In this document: piece after piece, positions 1 to 13,790 of the stretch | How the letters are laid out: each line of letters starts with the position of its first letter | Position numbering within the stretch: position 1 is the stretch's first letter | Assembly: GCA_964016885.1 (NCBI GenBank) | Contig: OZ024744.1 | Span: 66,154,001-66,218,000, forward strand | Direction: 5' to 3' | From: Eledone cirrhosa | Lineage: Eukaryota | DNA length: 64,000 nt | Notes under the pieces: generated by a model | Seen by the model: only the letters and a program-made list of their open reading frames with translations | Databases searched by the model: none | What the model was told of the DNA's origin: nothing | Program-made: the position numbers and the translations under genes

Positions 1-3000
1 CAATCACCACCACCACTACCAACCATCAGCACAACCACAATCACCACCACCACTACCAACCATCACCACAACCACAATCAACACCACCACTACCAACCAT
101 CACCACAACCACAATCAACACCACCACTACCAACCACCAAAAGCACCACCACCACCACCACCACCACAACCACAATCACCACCACCACTACCAACCACCA
201 CCACAACCACAATCAACACCACCACTACCAACCACCAAAACCACCACCACCACAACCACAATCACCACCACCACTACCAACCACCACCACAACCACAATC
301 AACACCACCACTACCAACCACCAAAACCACCACCACCACCACCACCACCACAACCACAATCACAATCAACACCACCACTACCAACCACCAAAACCACCAC
401 CACCACAACCACAATCACCACCACCACTACCAACCATCAGCACAACCACAATCACCACCACCACTACCAACGATCACCACAACCACAATCAACACCACCA
501 CTACCAACCATCAGCACAACCACAATCACCACCACCACTACCAACCACCAAAACCACCACCACCCACCACACCACAAACACATCACCACCACCACTACCA
601 ACCCACCACCAACCACAATCAACACCACCACTACCAACCACCAAAACCACCACCACCACCACCACCACCACAACCACAATCACAATCAACACCACCACTA
701 CCAACCACCAAAACCACCACCACCACAACCACAATCACCACCACCACTACCAACCATCACCAACCAACCACAACACCACCACACAACCAACCACCACAAC
801 CACAATCAACACCACCACTACCAACCACCAAAACCACCACCACCACCACCACCACCACAACCACAATCACACCACCACAACCACCACCACCAACCACAAC
901 AACCACAACCACACACCACCACCACACCACCACACCACAACCACAACACCACCACTACCAACACCACCACCAACCACCAACCACCACCACCACAACCACC
1001 ACCACCACCACCACCACCACCACAACCACAATCAACACCACCACTACCAACCACCACCACAACCCAATCAACACCACCACTACCAACCACCACAACCACC
1101 ACCACACCACCACCACCACCACAACCACAACACAATCAACACCACCACTACCAACCACCAAAACCACACCACCACAACCACAATCACACACCACACCAAC
1201 CACCACCACCACCAACCACAATCAACACCACCACTACCAACCACCAAAACCACCACCACCACCCCACCACCACCACAACCACAATCACAATCAACACCAC
1301 CACTACCACCACCAAAACCACCACCACCACAACCACAATCAACACCACCACTACCAACCACCACCACAACCACAATCAACACCACCACTACCAACCACCA
1401 AAACCACCACCACCACCACCACCACAACCACAATCACAATCAACACCACCACTACCAACCACCAAAACCACCACCACCACAACCACAATCACCACCACCA
1501 CTACCAACCACCACCACAACCACAATCAACACCACCACTACCAACCACCAAAACCACCACCACCACAACCACAATCACCACCACCACTACCAACCACCAC
1601 CACAACCACAATCAACACCACCACTACCAACCACCAAAACCACCACCACCACCACCACCACCACAACCACAATCACAATCAACACCACCACTACCAACCA
1701 CCAAAACCACCACCACCACAACCACAATCAACACCAACACTACCAACCATCACCACAACCACAATCAACACCACCACTACCAACCACCACCACAACCACA
1801 ATCAACACCACCACTACCAACCACCAAAACCACCACCACCACCACCACCACCACAACCACAATCACAATCAACACCACCACTACCAACCACCAAAACCAC
1901 CACCACCACAACCACAATCAACACCAACACTACCAACCACCACCACAACCACAATCAACACCACCACTACCAACCACCAAAACCACCACCACCACAACCA
2001 CAATCAACACCAACACTACCAACCATCACCACAACCACAATCAACACCACCACTACCAACCACCACCACAACCACAATCAACACCACCACTACCAACCAC
2101 CAAAACCACCACCACCACCACCACCACCACAACCACAATCACAATCAACACCACCACTACCAACCACCAAAACCACCACCACCACAACCACAATCAACAC
2201 CAACACTACCAACCACCACCACAACCACAATCAACACCACCACTACCAACCACCAAAACCACCACCACCACAACCACAATCAACACCACCACTACCAACC
2301 ACCAAAACCACCACCACCACAACCACAATCAACACCAACACTACCAACCATCACCACAACCACAATCAACACCACCACTACCAACCACCACCACAACCAC
2401 AATCAACACCACCACTACCAACCACCAAAACCACCACCACCACCACCACCACCACAACCACAATCACAATCAACACCACCACTACCAACCACCAAAACCA
2501 CCACCACCACAACCACAATCACCACCACCACTACCAACCACCACCACAACCACAATCAACACCACCACTACCAACCACCAAAACCACCACCACCACAACC
2601 ACAATCACCACCAACACTACCAACCATCACCACAACCACAATCAACACCACCACTACCAACCACCAAAACCACCACCACCACCACCACAACCACAATCAC
2701 AATCAACACCACCACTACCAACCACCAAAACCACCACCACCACAACCACAATCAACACCACCACTACCAACCACCACCACAACCACAATCAACACCACCA
2801 CTACCAACCACCAAAACCACCACCACCACCACCACCACCACCACCACCACAACCACAATCACAATCAACACCACCACTACCAACCACCAAAACCACCACC
2901 ACCACCACCACCACAACCACAATCACAATCAACACCACCACTACCAACCACCAAAACCACCACCACCACAACCACAATCAACACCACCACTACCAACCAC

Positions 3001-5400
3001 CACCACAACCACAATCAACACCACCACTACCAACCACCAAAACCACCACCACCACCACCACCACCACCACCACAACCACAATCACAATCAACACCACCAC
3101 TACCAACCACCAAAACCACCACCACCACAACCACAATCACCACCACCACTACCAACCATCACCACAACCACAATCAACACCACCACTACCAACCACCAAA
3201 ACCACCACCACCACAACCACAATCAACACCACCACTACCAACCATCACCACAATCACAATCAACACCACCACTACCAACCACCAAAACCACCACCACCAC
3301 CACCACCACCACCACAACCACAATCACAATCAACACCACCACTACCAACCATCACCACAACCACAATCACCACCACCACTACCAACCACCACCACAACCA
3401 CAATCAACACCACCACTACCAACCATCACCACAACCACAATCACCACCACCACTACCAACCATCACCACAACCACAATCACCACCACCACTACCAACCAT
3501 CACCACAACCACAATCACCACCACCACTACCAACCACCACCACAACCACAATCAACACCACCACTACCAACCATCACCACAACCACAATCACCACCACCA
3601 CTACCAACCATCACCACAACCACAATCACCACCACCACTACCAACCATCACCACAACCACAATCACCACCACCACTACCAACCACCACCACAACCACAAT
3701 CAACACCACCACTACCAACCATCACCACAACCACAATCACCACCACCACTACCAACCATCACCACAACCACAATCACCACCACCACTACCAACCATCACC
3801 ACAACCACAATCACCACCACCACTACCAACCACCACCACAACCACAATCAACACCACCACTACCAACCACCACCACAACCACAATCAACACCACCACTAC
3901 CAACCACCAAAACCACCACCACCACCACCACCACCACCACAACCACAATCACAATCAACCACAATCACAATCAACACCACCACTACCAACCACCAAAACC
4001 ACCACCACCACAACCACAATCACCACCACCACTACCAACCATCACCACAACCACAATCAACACCACCACTACCAACCACCAAAACCACCACCACCACAAC
4101 CACAATCAACACCACCACTACCAACCATCACCACAATCACAATCAACACCACCACTACCAACCACCAAAACCACCACCACCACCACCACCACCACAACCA
4201 CAATCACAATCAACACCACCACTACCAACCACCAAAACCACCACCACCACAACCACAATCAACACCACCACTACCAACCATCACCACAATCACAATCAAC
4301 ACCACCACTACCAACCATCACCACAATCACAATCAACACCACCACTACCAACCATCACCACAATCACAATCAACACCACCACTACCAACCACCAAAACCA
4401 CCACCACCACCACCACAACCACAATCACAATCAACACCACCACTACCAACCACCAAAACCACCACCACCACCACCACAACCACAATCACAATCAACACCA
4501 CCACTACCAACCACCAAAACCACCACCACCACAACCACAATCAACACCACCACTACCAACCATCACCACAACCACAATCAACACCACCACTACCAACCAC
4601 CAAAACCACCACCACCACCACCACCACCACAACCACAATCACCACCACCACTACCAACCACCACCACAACCACAATCAACACCACCACTACCAACCACCA
4701 AAACCACCACCACCACCACCACAACCACAATCACAATCAACACCACCACTACCAACCACCTAAACCACCACCACCACCACCACAACCACAATCACAATCA
4801 ACACCACCACTACCAACCACCAAAACCACCACCACCACCACCACAACCACAATCACAATCAACACCACCACTACCAACCACCAAAACCACCACCACCACC
4901 ACCACAACCACAATCACAATCAACACCACCACTACCAACCACCAAAACCACCACCACCACCACCACCACCACAACCACAATCAACACCACCACTACCAAC
5001 CATCACCACAACCACAATCAACACCACCACTACCAACCACCAAAACCACCACCACCACCACCACCACCACAACCACAATCAACACCACCACTACCAACCA
5101 TCACCACAACCACAATCAACACCACCACTACCAACCACCAAAACCACCACCACCACCACCACCACCACCACAACCACAATCACCACCACCACTACCAACC
5201 ACCACCACAACCACAATCAACACCACCACTACCAACCACCAAAACCACAACCACCACCACCACCACCACCACCACCACCACTACCAACCACCAAAACCAC
5301 AACCACCACCACCACCACCACCACCACCACCACTACCAACCATCACCAAAACCACAATCACCAACACCACCACCACTACCAACAACAACAATAACCACAG
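1..5400. repeat. Complex (CCA/ACA)-rich satellite, 37/49-nt and longer unit variants
   Basis: Recurrent core AACCACAATCAACACCACCACTACCAACC; period 37 (3421->3458) and 49 (2221->2270); plus strand almost devoid of G; open at window start. Confidence 0.95.
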
Positions 5401-5673
5401 CCAAATCTCCCCCTCCCACACACACACACACTCCCACCATCCACAATCGTCATCATCACCATCATCATGATGGTGGTGGCCATCACTATCACCATCATTC
5501 ATCAACATCACTATCATCATCATCATCATCAATATCTCTGCCTCTCACCCACCTCCAAACCACATCTACACACTGGTATGGATTAGACAAGCCTGTTATA
5601 CATCATACCACAGCTTATTGATTCTTATCTGTGAAGCCCAATGTACTAAGATCTGTATTTAGCATTTCCTTCC

Positions 5674-5768
<95 letters not shown>

Positions 5769-5945
5769 TACACAATTATGTGTGTATATATATATATGTA
5801 TATAAATGTATATATGTATATACACACACATATATACATGTATATATACACACACACACACACACATATATATATACTTACATACACATGTATAACAATA
5901 TATATAGACACATACATACATACATATACACACATACACACACAC

Positions 5946-5978
<33 letters not shown>

Positions 5979-5990
5979 GACATACACACA
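5674..5990. repeat. (TA)n/(CA)n compound microsatellite
   Basis: Directly visible. Confidence 0.95.
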
Positions 5991-6693
5991 TGCAATAGTT
6001 TATAAAGTTAGAAGCCTATTGAAAGTTATCTGTTATTTGGTAGACTTATCTTCATGGCAATCTTTTTGATCTCTTTATTCAGTAACACAATATTTTATAC
6101 ATCAATTTTTAAAACTCATTTCAGATTCTGAAAGCAGATATGCTTAGCTTAATTTATTTCTGTTCCACAGTACTTGAGACAGTGTAGGTAACCTTAGAAA
6201 CATGTTTTTATTACTAGCGATAATTCATGAAACTGAAATATATAAATATGAAATGAAAAGGAAGTATCTATTTGAAAAATTCCCCAAAGTGGAATATTTA
6301 GAATGAATACTAAACAACAAGAAAGATGCTCTATTTGTTAGACAATGGATTATAATCCACTCCATTAACATGCCCACTCTAATATTACTGGCTTAGTTAT
6401 GTTTAATATTTAAAAAAAAAAAAAGTTGTTTTTCTAAATTCCTGTATATTTGTAACTGTAACACTCTTCCTTTATATATATATATATATGGCTGTTGGGT
6501 TTAATGAGTTCACTATTTCCCAACCATGTGACTCTGGGTTCAATCTTAGTGTGAGCTATCTCGGGCAAGTGTTTTTTACTTCTACTATAACCTTCTGTTG
6601 ACAGAAACTGCAGAAGCTCATCATGTATATACTCACACTCACACACACACATAGAAGCATATACGCATAGAAACATATACACACACACACACT

Positions 6694-6753
<60 letters not shown>

Positions 6754-6756
6754 CAT

Positions 6757-6955
6757 ATAACGAAGGAGGTGTAGTAAGGAACTAGATGGACCATAACGCA
6801 CCAGAGTACTCAATACTTAGGAGAGTAGAGTGGGTAATAGGAAAATGTTTAACCCCAACGGCAGAGCTCAAGCCGTTTCGACGGCTATTTCTGGAGTCCA
6901 GAAATAGCCGTCGAAACGGCTTGAGTTCTGCCGTCGGGGTCAAACATTTTCCTAT
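6757..6955 (-). mobile_element. Short fold-back element in (TA)n carrying the 3' half of a hammerhead (Penelope pLTR-like)
   Basis: 119-bp palindrome 6837-6955 centred on 6896 (3 mismatches); GAAAC-ggc..gcc-GTC motif; homologues at 33035-33193 and 34513-34680. Confidence 0.75.
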
Positions 6956-7084
6956 ATATATATATATATATGTAGCAATATCCATAGATGTGAAAAGGTA
7001 AAAAGAAAAACAGTGCTCAATATTCCATGTTCCTTTGTTCCACGTATGAACATACATATATAATATAACACACACACATGCATG

Positions 7085-7119
<35 letters not shown>

Positions 7120-7126
7120 TTTTTTT

Positions 7127-7390
7127 TTCTTCAACCTTACATTTTAGACTTAGCCCTGTTTAAAGGATTATTTGTCTAGTTAATTTCTACGGAGTAAGAG
7201 CAAAGACTAGATAAATTTTATCTGACTGTTCCTCATAAAGGAATATTGATAACATTTATCTGTTATTTCTTCAAAGTTACATTTTAAACTTAGCTCCATT
7301 TAAATGATTATTTATCTAATTGATTTTTACGGACTAAGAAGAAAAAATTGGATAAATTTTGTCTGATTATTCTTCGAACTTACAATTCTA
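7127..7390. repeat. Diverged tandem duplication, ~140-bp unit with internal hairpin
   Basis: ttcttcaa..ttacatttta at 7127 and 7267, partial third start at ~7370. Confidence 0.75.
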
Positions 7391-8419
7391 TATTTATATA
7401 TATATATATAAATATGTGTGTATGTATATGCACCTGTGTTCACGTTTATGTATGTATCTGTGTTTAAGCCCCATAACTTAGCAATTCAACAAAAGAGATT
7501 GATAAAACAAGTACCAGACATGAAAAACTAAGTACTGGTGTCATCGATATGATTGACTAATCAAGGCAGTGTCCCAGCATGACTGCAGTCTGATAACTGA
7601 AGCCAGTAAAAGTATAAAAGAATTGGTGGCTTTAAAATCAATCCTGGCTATTTCAATTGAAAAATGTGTTTGTTGGGATGACGAATAAACAGGTTTGGGG
7701 GGGAGCAGTGGGAGAAAGATCTATTGCAGAATTAGGTTACATCTCTTTCATCTTCCGAGTTCAAATTGTGCCAAGTTTGAATGTGAATTTCATCCTTCCC
7801 AAGGTCAGTAAAATAATTACCCATGAACTACAGGGATTGATCTAATCTGCTAATTGATTTAATCAACTGACTGAGTCCGTCGGGGCTGTGGGGAGGCCAG
7901 CACATGGGACCCCATTTGCTCACCATACAGAGAGATGGGGAGGGCCAGAGAAATGGAGGCGATGGCAGTGGGAGTTCGACTGACTGATTCTTGTAGCATT
8001 CATTTGCCATTGCCAAAGTTTGTTACTGGTTCGTAAACTGACATATTATGCTATAGTAAAATTGTAACACATGTTCGTTAGTATTTATATGTTTTCATTT
8101 GACTGACTGAGTTATTCAACTGTCTCCTTCCTCAAAATTTATGATCTTGTGCTAATTTTTATGGCCTTGTTAAAAAAACAACAATCCATAGGGTGTTTCA
8201 ATATATGTTTTCTGTGTTACTTTTATGGGTAAAACCAACTGGCAGGAAACTCAGGGTTAGACACCGAGCAAGACTTGGCTGGTCTCACTTGGAGATGATT
8301 GCTTCTGACAGGACCTGCTAGAAGGCATACTTGAGGGCTCAGTCCCCATGACTCTCCCAGGAATAAATGGGCAAAGAAGAGCAAGAAGAAGACTTATGTT
8401 ATAGCTAATGACATTGAAT

Positions 8420-8560
8420 TTGCAGGGTCGTTAGAACATCAGATAGAATGCTTGACTGTATTTGTTCTGGTTCCTTGAACTTTGAGTTCAAATCCTGCCA
8501 AGGTCAACTTTGCTTTTCATTCTTTCAAGGTAAAAATACCACTCCAGTACTGTGGTCAAT
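8420..8560 (+). mobile_element. tRNA-derived SINE fragment (Meta-domain-like family)
   Basis: gagttcaaatcctgccaaggtcaactttgcttttcat shared with many copies in the window. Confidence 0.75.
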
Positions 8561-8759
8561 TCTCTCTCTCTCTCTCCCTCTCTGGGTACTGCCAGTTTAA
8601 AATGATTTGCCAGTTCACTCTGTAAAGTGGCTTCTGCCTTTGTAATTGCTATCTCATGACAGCACCCTTACGACTCCATCATGTGTTACATACAGGTCCA
8701 TATGTTATAACTGTACACTGTAACATACCATTGACCCTTTGTGATCTTATATGTCTAAA

Positions 8760-9045
8760 AAAGTCTAAAGTCTGCTTTGAGCTCGGAGGCTCATCTGGCT
8801 GGTGCTTATCCCAGTTTCCATGGTGTGGAGTGACTGAGAGTACAAGACTCTCCCCTGGATAGGATGCCAGTCCATTACAGGGTTAAATTTTTGGTACTCA
8901 TTTTGTTTTCAGCAGAGTATACAAGAGCAACATGAAATAAAGTGTTTTGCTCAAGAACACAACATGAAACCCAGCCCAGGAATCAAACCCACACTATTAT
9001 GATTATAAGTCCAACAGCCTTACCACTATGCCATGTGCCTCTATG
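8760..9045 (-). mobile_element. Old CORE-type SINE
   Basis: Reverse complement of ggcacatggc head and tgttcttgagcaaaacactttatttca core; homologue at 42297-42580. Confidence 0.7.
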
Positions 9046-9300
9046 ATCTTATATGTAAGACTAAATAAATGTCCTCCTTCTGTTTGGAGTTAGTGCCTTT
9101 CAACTGTCATGGTTACCTACTTCATTCCACTTACTGGCAGCACATCACACTGCCCCACTTCCTTTTTTCATATTGACTAATCACAATCATTCATTACCAA
9201 ATATAATTTATGAAAAAGTGTTAGTGTTGGTAAGACCTCTTACATATAGCTCCTGACCAAGATTGAACCCCAGACAAGGATCTCCACCATCTCTATTGAA

Positions 9301-9722
9301 GGTGTCCTGGTGGCTGAGTTGGTTGGAGTGTTTGAGCTTGTAACTTACATGGTGTAGTTAGAGGTTCAATCTCTAGCTGAGATTGTTAGTGTGGTGCTAT
9401 AATAAAAATGCATCCAGTCCACTCAGTAAAGTGGTAGTGCTGGTGACACGATAAAATACACCCAGTACCTTCTGTAAAGCGGCAGTGCTAGTGACACGAG
9501 AAATGCTGCATTCAGTATAGTTTGTAAAGTGGCTGAAATTATGAAGAATGTCTCCAACTGTAGGAATATTAAAATGCCAAATATTGAACATAACGTACAA
9601 GATGGTTGTTCCATCCTGCCTTGTCTCAGACTGTCACAGCCTATCCAACCCATGTCAGAGAGAAAAGTGGATGTAAAATGATGATGATGTTGATGATGAT
9701 GAGGAGGATAATGATGATAATG
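9301..9722 (+). mobile_element. SINE with tRNA-like head, degenerate 48-bp internal repeats and RTE-type 3' tail
   Basis: A-box tggctgagttgg, B-box ggttcaatc, three gtaaagtgg units, ggatgtaaaa(tga)n tail. Confidence 0.65.
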
Positions 9723-9744
9723 ATTACTAAAAAAAAAGCATTAA

Positions 9745-9953
9745 CCCTTTAGCATTTACATCACTCTATATATACCATTGTATTTTCATGATAAAGGCTT
9801 TATCTCCCATAATTATCTCACATCGAATCTATGAGATTTTGACATTTATTTATTTTGAGAACAGTACCTGTATGAATGACCAGTTATGGTAAGTTTGAAT
9901 AGAAAGAGGTGAGAGAATTCTGGCCGGATATGGCTAGTTTAAATGCTAAAAGG
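9745..9953. mobile_element. piggyBac-type MITE
   Basis: TTAA target duplication both sides; TIR ccctttagcattta / taaatgctaaaagg; further copies at 31402, 41822 and 42922. Confidence 0.85.
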
Positions 9954-10044
9954 TTAAGGTTAGAAATGGGCTTCAGCCATTTTAACTGCTAAATGAGATC
10001 AAGTAATTCTAGTAGAAGAGAAAACAAACCAAAACATTCTTTAC

Positions 10045-10277
10045 CTTTGATAACTGGGAGGTGAGCCTGGCAGAGGTTGTGTGGAACGTATCTGTATAGC
10101 TGCACCCTGGACAGAATCTCCACTGGTTTGGATGGATCTCACTATTAAAAAGGCTTCTTGTTTCAGTTGACTGATGTGTGTCTTGCAGATGTCACATCGA
10201 TCACTCTGGGAATAGACACGCCGGAGATTCTCAGCAACCAACAGACTCTCTTCTATTCGTGCCGGAAGACCATGAAA
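10045..10277 (-). CDS. KIF26: Internal coding exon of kinesin-like protein KIF26 (kinesin-11 family), N-terminal pre-motor region
   Basis: Acceptor ttctttgttttgtatgtacatttcag| and donor tcaaag|gtaaag; 233 nt, phase 0 to phase 2, open: FHGLPARIEESLLVAENLRRVYSQSDRCDICKTHISQLKQEAFLIVRSIQ...; resembles, from recall, vertebrate KIF26B ...[21 protein letters not shown]. Confidence 0.85.
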
Positions 10278-10611
10278 CTGAAATGTACATACAAAACAAA
10301 GAACATATAATTATAAGTAAACTAGCATTAGCACCCATTAAAAATGGTAAGGGGTTTATAGTGAAAAAATATTTAATTTAATAATTCCTTGATAACAACA
10401 CCTAATTGCATTTTACATTCATTTAAATCAATTACAATCATCTTCCATATTTTTTAAAATTGTTATTAATGATAATAATGATTTCTTTATTAACCACAAA
10501 GGGTTTTCGAAATTACATTAACAACAACACAGGATGCTACAAATATGGGTTTCTGCATGCAAAAGAAAGAAACAAAAACAAAAGATGTTACAAAAAAAAT
10601 GGAAATAATAA

Positions 10612-12510
10612 TAATTGCTTCTACTTTAGGCACAAGGCCAGCAATTACCCAGTGTATTACTGGTACTTTATTTTATCTACCCCGTAAGGATGAAAGGTAA
10701 AGTTAACCTCAGCGGGATTTGAACTCAGACCATAAAGGGCCGTAACTCTATACTGCAAAGCATGGCGTTCAACCCTCTAACAATACTGCCAATCCACATA
10801 ATGATAATAATAATAATGGTTTCTTATATATGCACAAGGCCAGCAATTTGAAAGGGAGGGGAAAGTCAATTAAATCGACCCCAATGCGTGACTGGTACTT
10901 TATTTTATCCATCCTGTAAAGATGAAAGGCAAAGATAACCTCAACGGGATTTGAACGCAGAACGTAAAGGGCCTTAGTTCTATGGCACAAAGCATAGTGT
11001 CTGACGTTCCAAACCACCGCCCTAATAATAATAATCTAAACTATAATAAAGTAAGGAGCGCGGGACTGCGTACGGTTTATAATTTTTTATCCCCTTAGTA
11101 AAATAAGTTGGATTACTTTGAATAAATAATTGCTTCTACTTTTGGCACAAGGCTAGCAATTACCCAGTACATTACTGGTACTTTATTTTGTCGACCCCGT
11201 AAGGATGAAAGGCAAAGTTGAATCGGTGGGATTTGAACTCAGAATAAATAATGAATGAATATTACATAATTTATCTACTAAATTTCGTGGCTGTTCATTA
11301 AATATATTTTATTACTTATTTAAAGATTCACTTCTTTAAAATTTTCAAATGTCAACACTTCCGGTTAGCGATCGTTTAAATAAATATTCATATATTTCTG
11401 TCACTAATTTTCTCCTAATGCAGTTTATATATAATATCGTCTATTTTTACGTTACTGATTACATAAAACTGTAACATAGTTTTCGTTCAATTTCTGTGGA
11501 TATTGTCAATTACGATTTTATTTGATGTATCATATCTACATGTATATATACTTGCCTATAATATCAATATACACACTACACATGCTAGTAGATAACCATC
11601 CTAAGGCTGGTTAAACTATAATAAGGATAATGATTGTTTCTACTTTAGGCACAAGGCCAGCAATTACTCAGTTCATTACTGGTACTTTATTTTATCGACC
11701 CCATAAGGATGAAAGGCAAAGTCAACCTCGGCAGGATTTGAACGCAGATCGTAAAGGGACGTAACTAAGGATAATAATGATAATAATAATGGTTTCTTAT
11801 ATATGGGCAAACATTTGGGGGGAGGGGAAAGTCGATTAAATCGACCCCAGTTCATGACTGGTACTTTATTTTATCGATCCCGTAAGGATGAAAAGCAAAG
11901 TTAACCTCGGCGGGATTTGAACTCAGATCATAAGGGGTCGTAACTCTATGCTGCAAAGCAAGGCGTCTGACCCTCTACTGATACTGCCAAGGCACGTGAC
12001 CAGCAATTTGATAGGAGGATGTCAATTAAATTGACCCCAGTGTATGACTGGTACTATTTTATCGATCCCATACGTATGAAAGGCAAAGTACACCTTGGAG
12101 GGAATTGAACTCAGAATGTAAAGGGACGTAACTCTGTGCTACAAAGCATAGTGTCCGACGGTCTACCGATACTGCCAATCTGACGATAATATTAATAATG
12201 ATTTCTACTTTAGGCACAAGGCCAGTAATTTAAGGGAAGGAGAAAGTTGATTAAATCGACCATAGTACTTAACTGGTACTTTATTTATTGACCGCAGAAG
12301 GATGACAGACAGAGTTGACCTCGGTGGGATTTGAACTCAGAATGTAAAGAAGCAGATAAAACACCACAATGACATTTTATATCAATTCTGCCAATCTACT
12401 ATAAGTACTTGACTGACACAGTGGTACTTGACTAGTACTTTATTTTATCAAGCTTCAAAAGATTAAAAATAAAGTTGATCTAAGCAGGTTTGAAACTCAC
12501 AACATAATTC
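10612..12510 (-). mobile_element. Cluster of ~8 same-orientation tRNA-derived SINEs (Meta-domain-like)
   Basis: Repeated ggcacaaggccagcaatt...ctggtactttattttatcgaccccgtaaggatgaaaggcaaagttaacctcggcgggatttgaactcaga separated by (taa)n tails. Confidence 0.9.
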
Positions 12511-13094
12511 TACAACCATTTTTCAGTACTGTATATATGTGTATATGTGTATATGTATATGTGTGTGCGTGTATGTTGTGTGTATATGTATGTGTATAAT
12601 TGTGTGTGTCTGTGTGTGTGTGTGCATGTCCATACATTTATATGTATGAGTATAAAAATATAAACACACAAACACAGACACACTTACAAAAATACACACT
12701 GAGAGACATACATTCACACAAACACACATACATCTGCACAAACACAAACATACACATACACATACACTCATACACAGCTTAGCAAATGGAATGCCAGCTG
12801 TTTTGCAATAGTTTTTCACCATCCCCTTCCTTCATTTTACACACACACACACACACACGCATATCCCCCCCCCCCCACACACACACACACTCACACATTG
12901 TGTAATGGACGGACAGAAGTCACTGGAATTTATATAGAGATTGATATGGGTTAGATAGGTCTATATATGTAGCACATTCTTTCTCCTTATAATTCTATGA
13001 TATCACTAATATCTGAGATATGAGCTCACCAATTATACCGTAGATACCTTTCACTGTTAACGCTCTAACGAAATAAACTCTATTTCAATTAATT

Positions 13095-13220
13095 AATTGT
13101 TTCTACGTTAGACACAAGGCCAGCAATTACCCAGTGTATTACTGGTACTTTATTTTATAAGTTAACCTCGGCTGGATTTGAACTCAGAATGGCAAGGGCC
13201 GTAACTCTATGCGCCAAATA
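13095..13220 (-). mobile_element. Meta-domain-like SINE, internally deleted
   Basis: Same family motifs as 10612-12510. Confidence 0.8.
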
Positions 13221-13371
13221 TTTCAATTAATTATTTAATTAATTAATGAAGAATTTTAAGGAATTTACTAAAATCATTAATTATTTCATTACTAAAATAG
13301 AAACTTAACATAGGATTCACATATAAAATTATATTGAGGATTTACTAAATTCATTAATAATTTCATTATTG

Positions 13372-13790
13372 TGGTGGATTGGCAGTATTGGTAGAGGGTC
13401 AGACGCCATGCTTTGATGCATAGAGTTACGGCCCTTGCCATTCTGAGTTCAAATCCTGCCAAGGTTAACTTTGCCTTTCATCCTTACGGGGTCGATAAAA
13501 TAAAGTACCAGTAATACACTTGGTAATTGCTGGCCTTGTGCCAAAAGTAGAAACAATTGTTAAGATTGTACCTTAATAGGGCAGCAGATTGGCAGTATCG
13601 GTAGGGCGTTGGACAACGTGCTTTTCAGTATAGAGTTATGGCCCTTTATGATCTGAGTTCAAATCCCGCTGAGGTTAACTTTACAAGGTCGATAAAATAA
13701 AGTACCAGTCACTCACTGGGGTCGATTTAATCGACTTTCCCCTCCACCCAAATTGTTGGCTTTGTGCCTATATAAGAAACCATTATTAAG
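13372..13790 (+). mobile_element. Two tandem Meta-domain-like SINEs
   Basis: ggcagtattggtagag head, gagttcaaatcc B-box, tttcatccttacggggtcgataaaataaagtaccag domain. Confidence 0.9.

Noticed and set aside
1-4760. Stop-free plus-strand frames suggesting a mucin-like Thr/Pro/His protein
   Set aside because: Absence of stops follows from absence of G and TAA; units of 37 and 49 nt shift frame each repeat; no ATG or splice support
6160-6195. Possible plus-strand microexon (ttccacag|17 nt|gtaacc)
   Set aside because: No supporting gene on the plus strand; such motifs arise by chance
6837-6955. pre-miRNA or classical MITE interpretation of the palindrome
   Set aside because: Asymmetric ~80-nt tail conserved in three copies, variable centre and embedded hammerhead 3' half fit a retroelement fold-back better; small-RNA production is not excluded
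7860-8020. GC-richer patch with short minus-strand ORF
   Set aside because: No splice sites or recognisable motif; probably an old TE fragment
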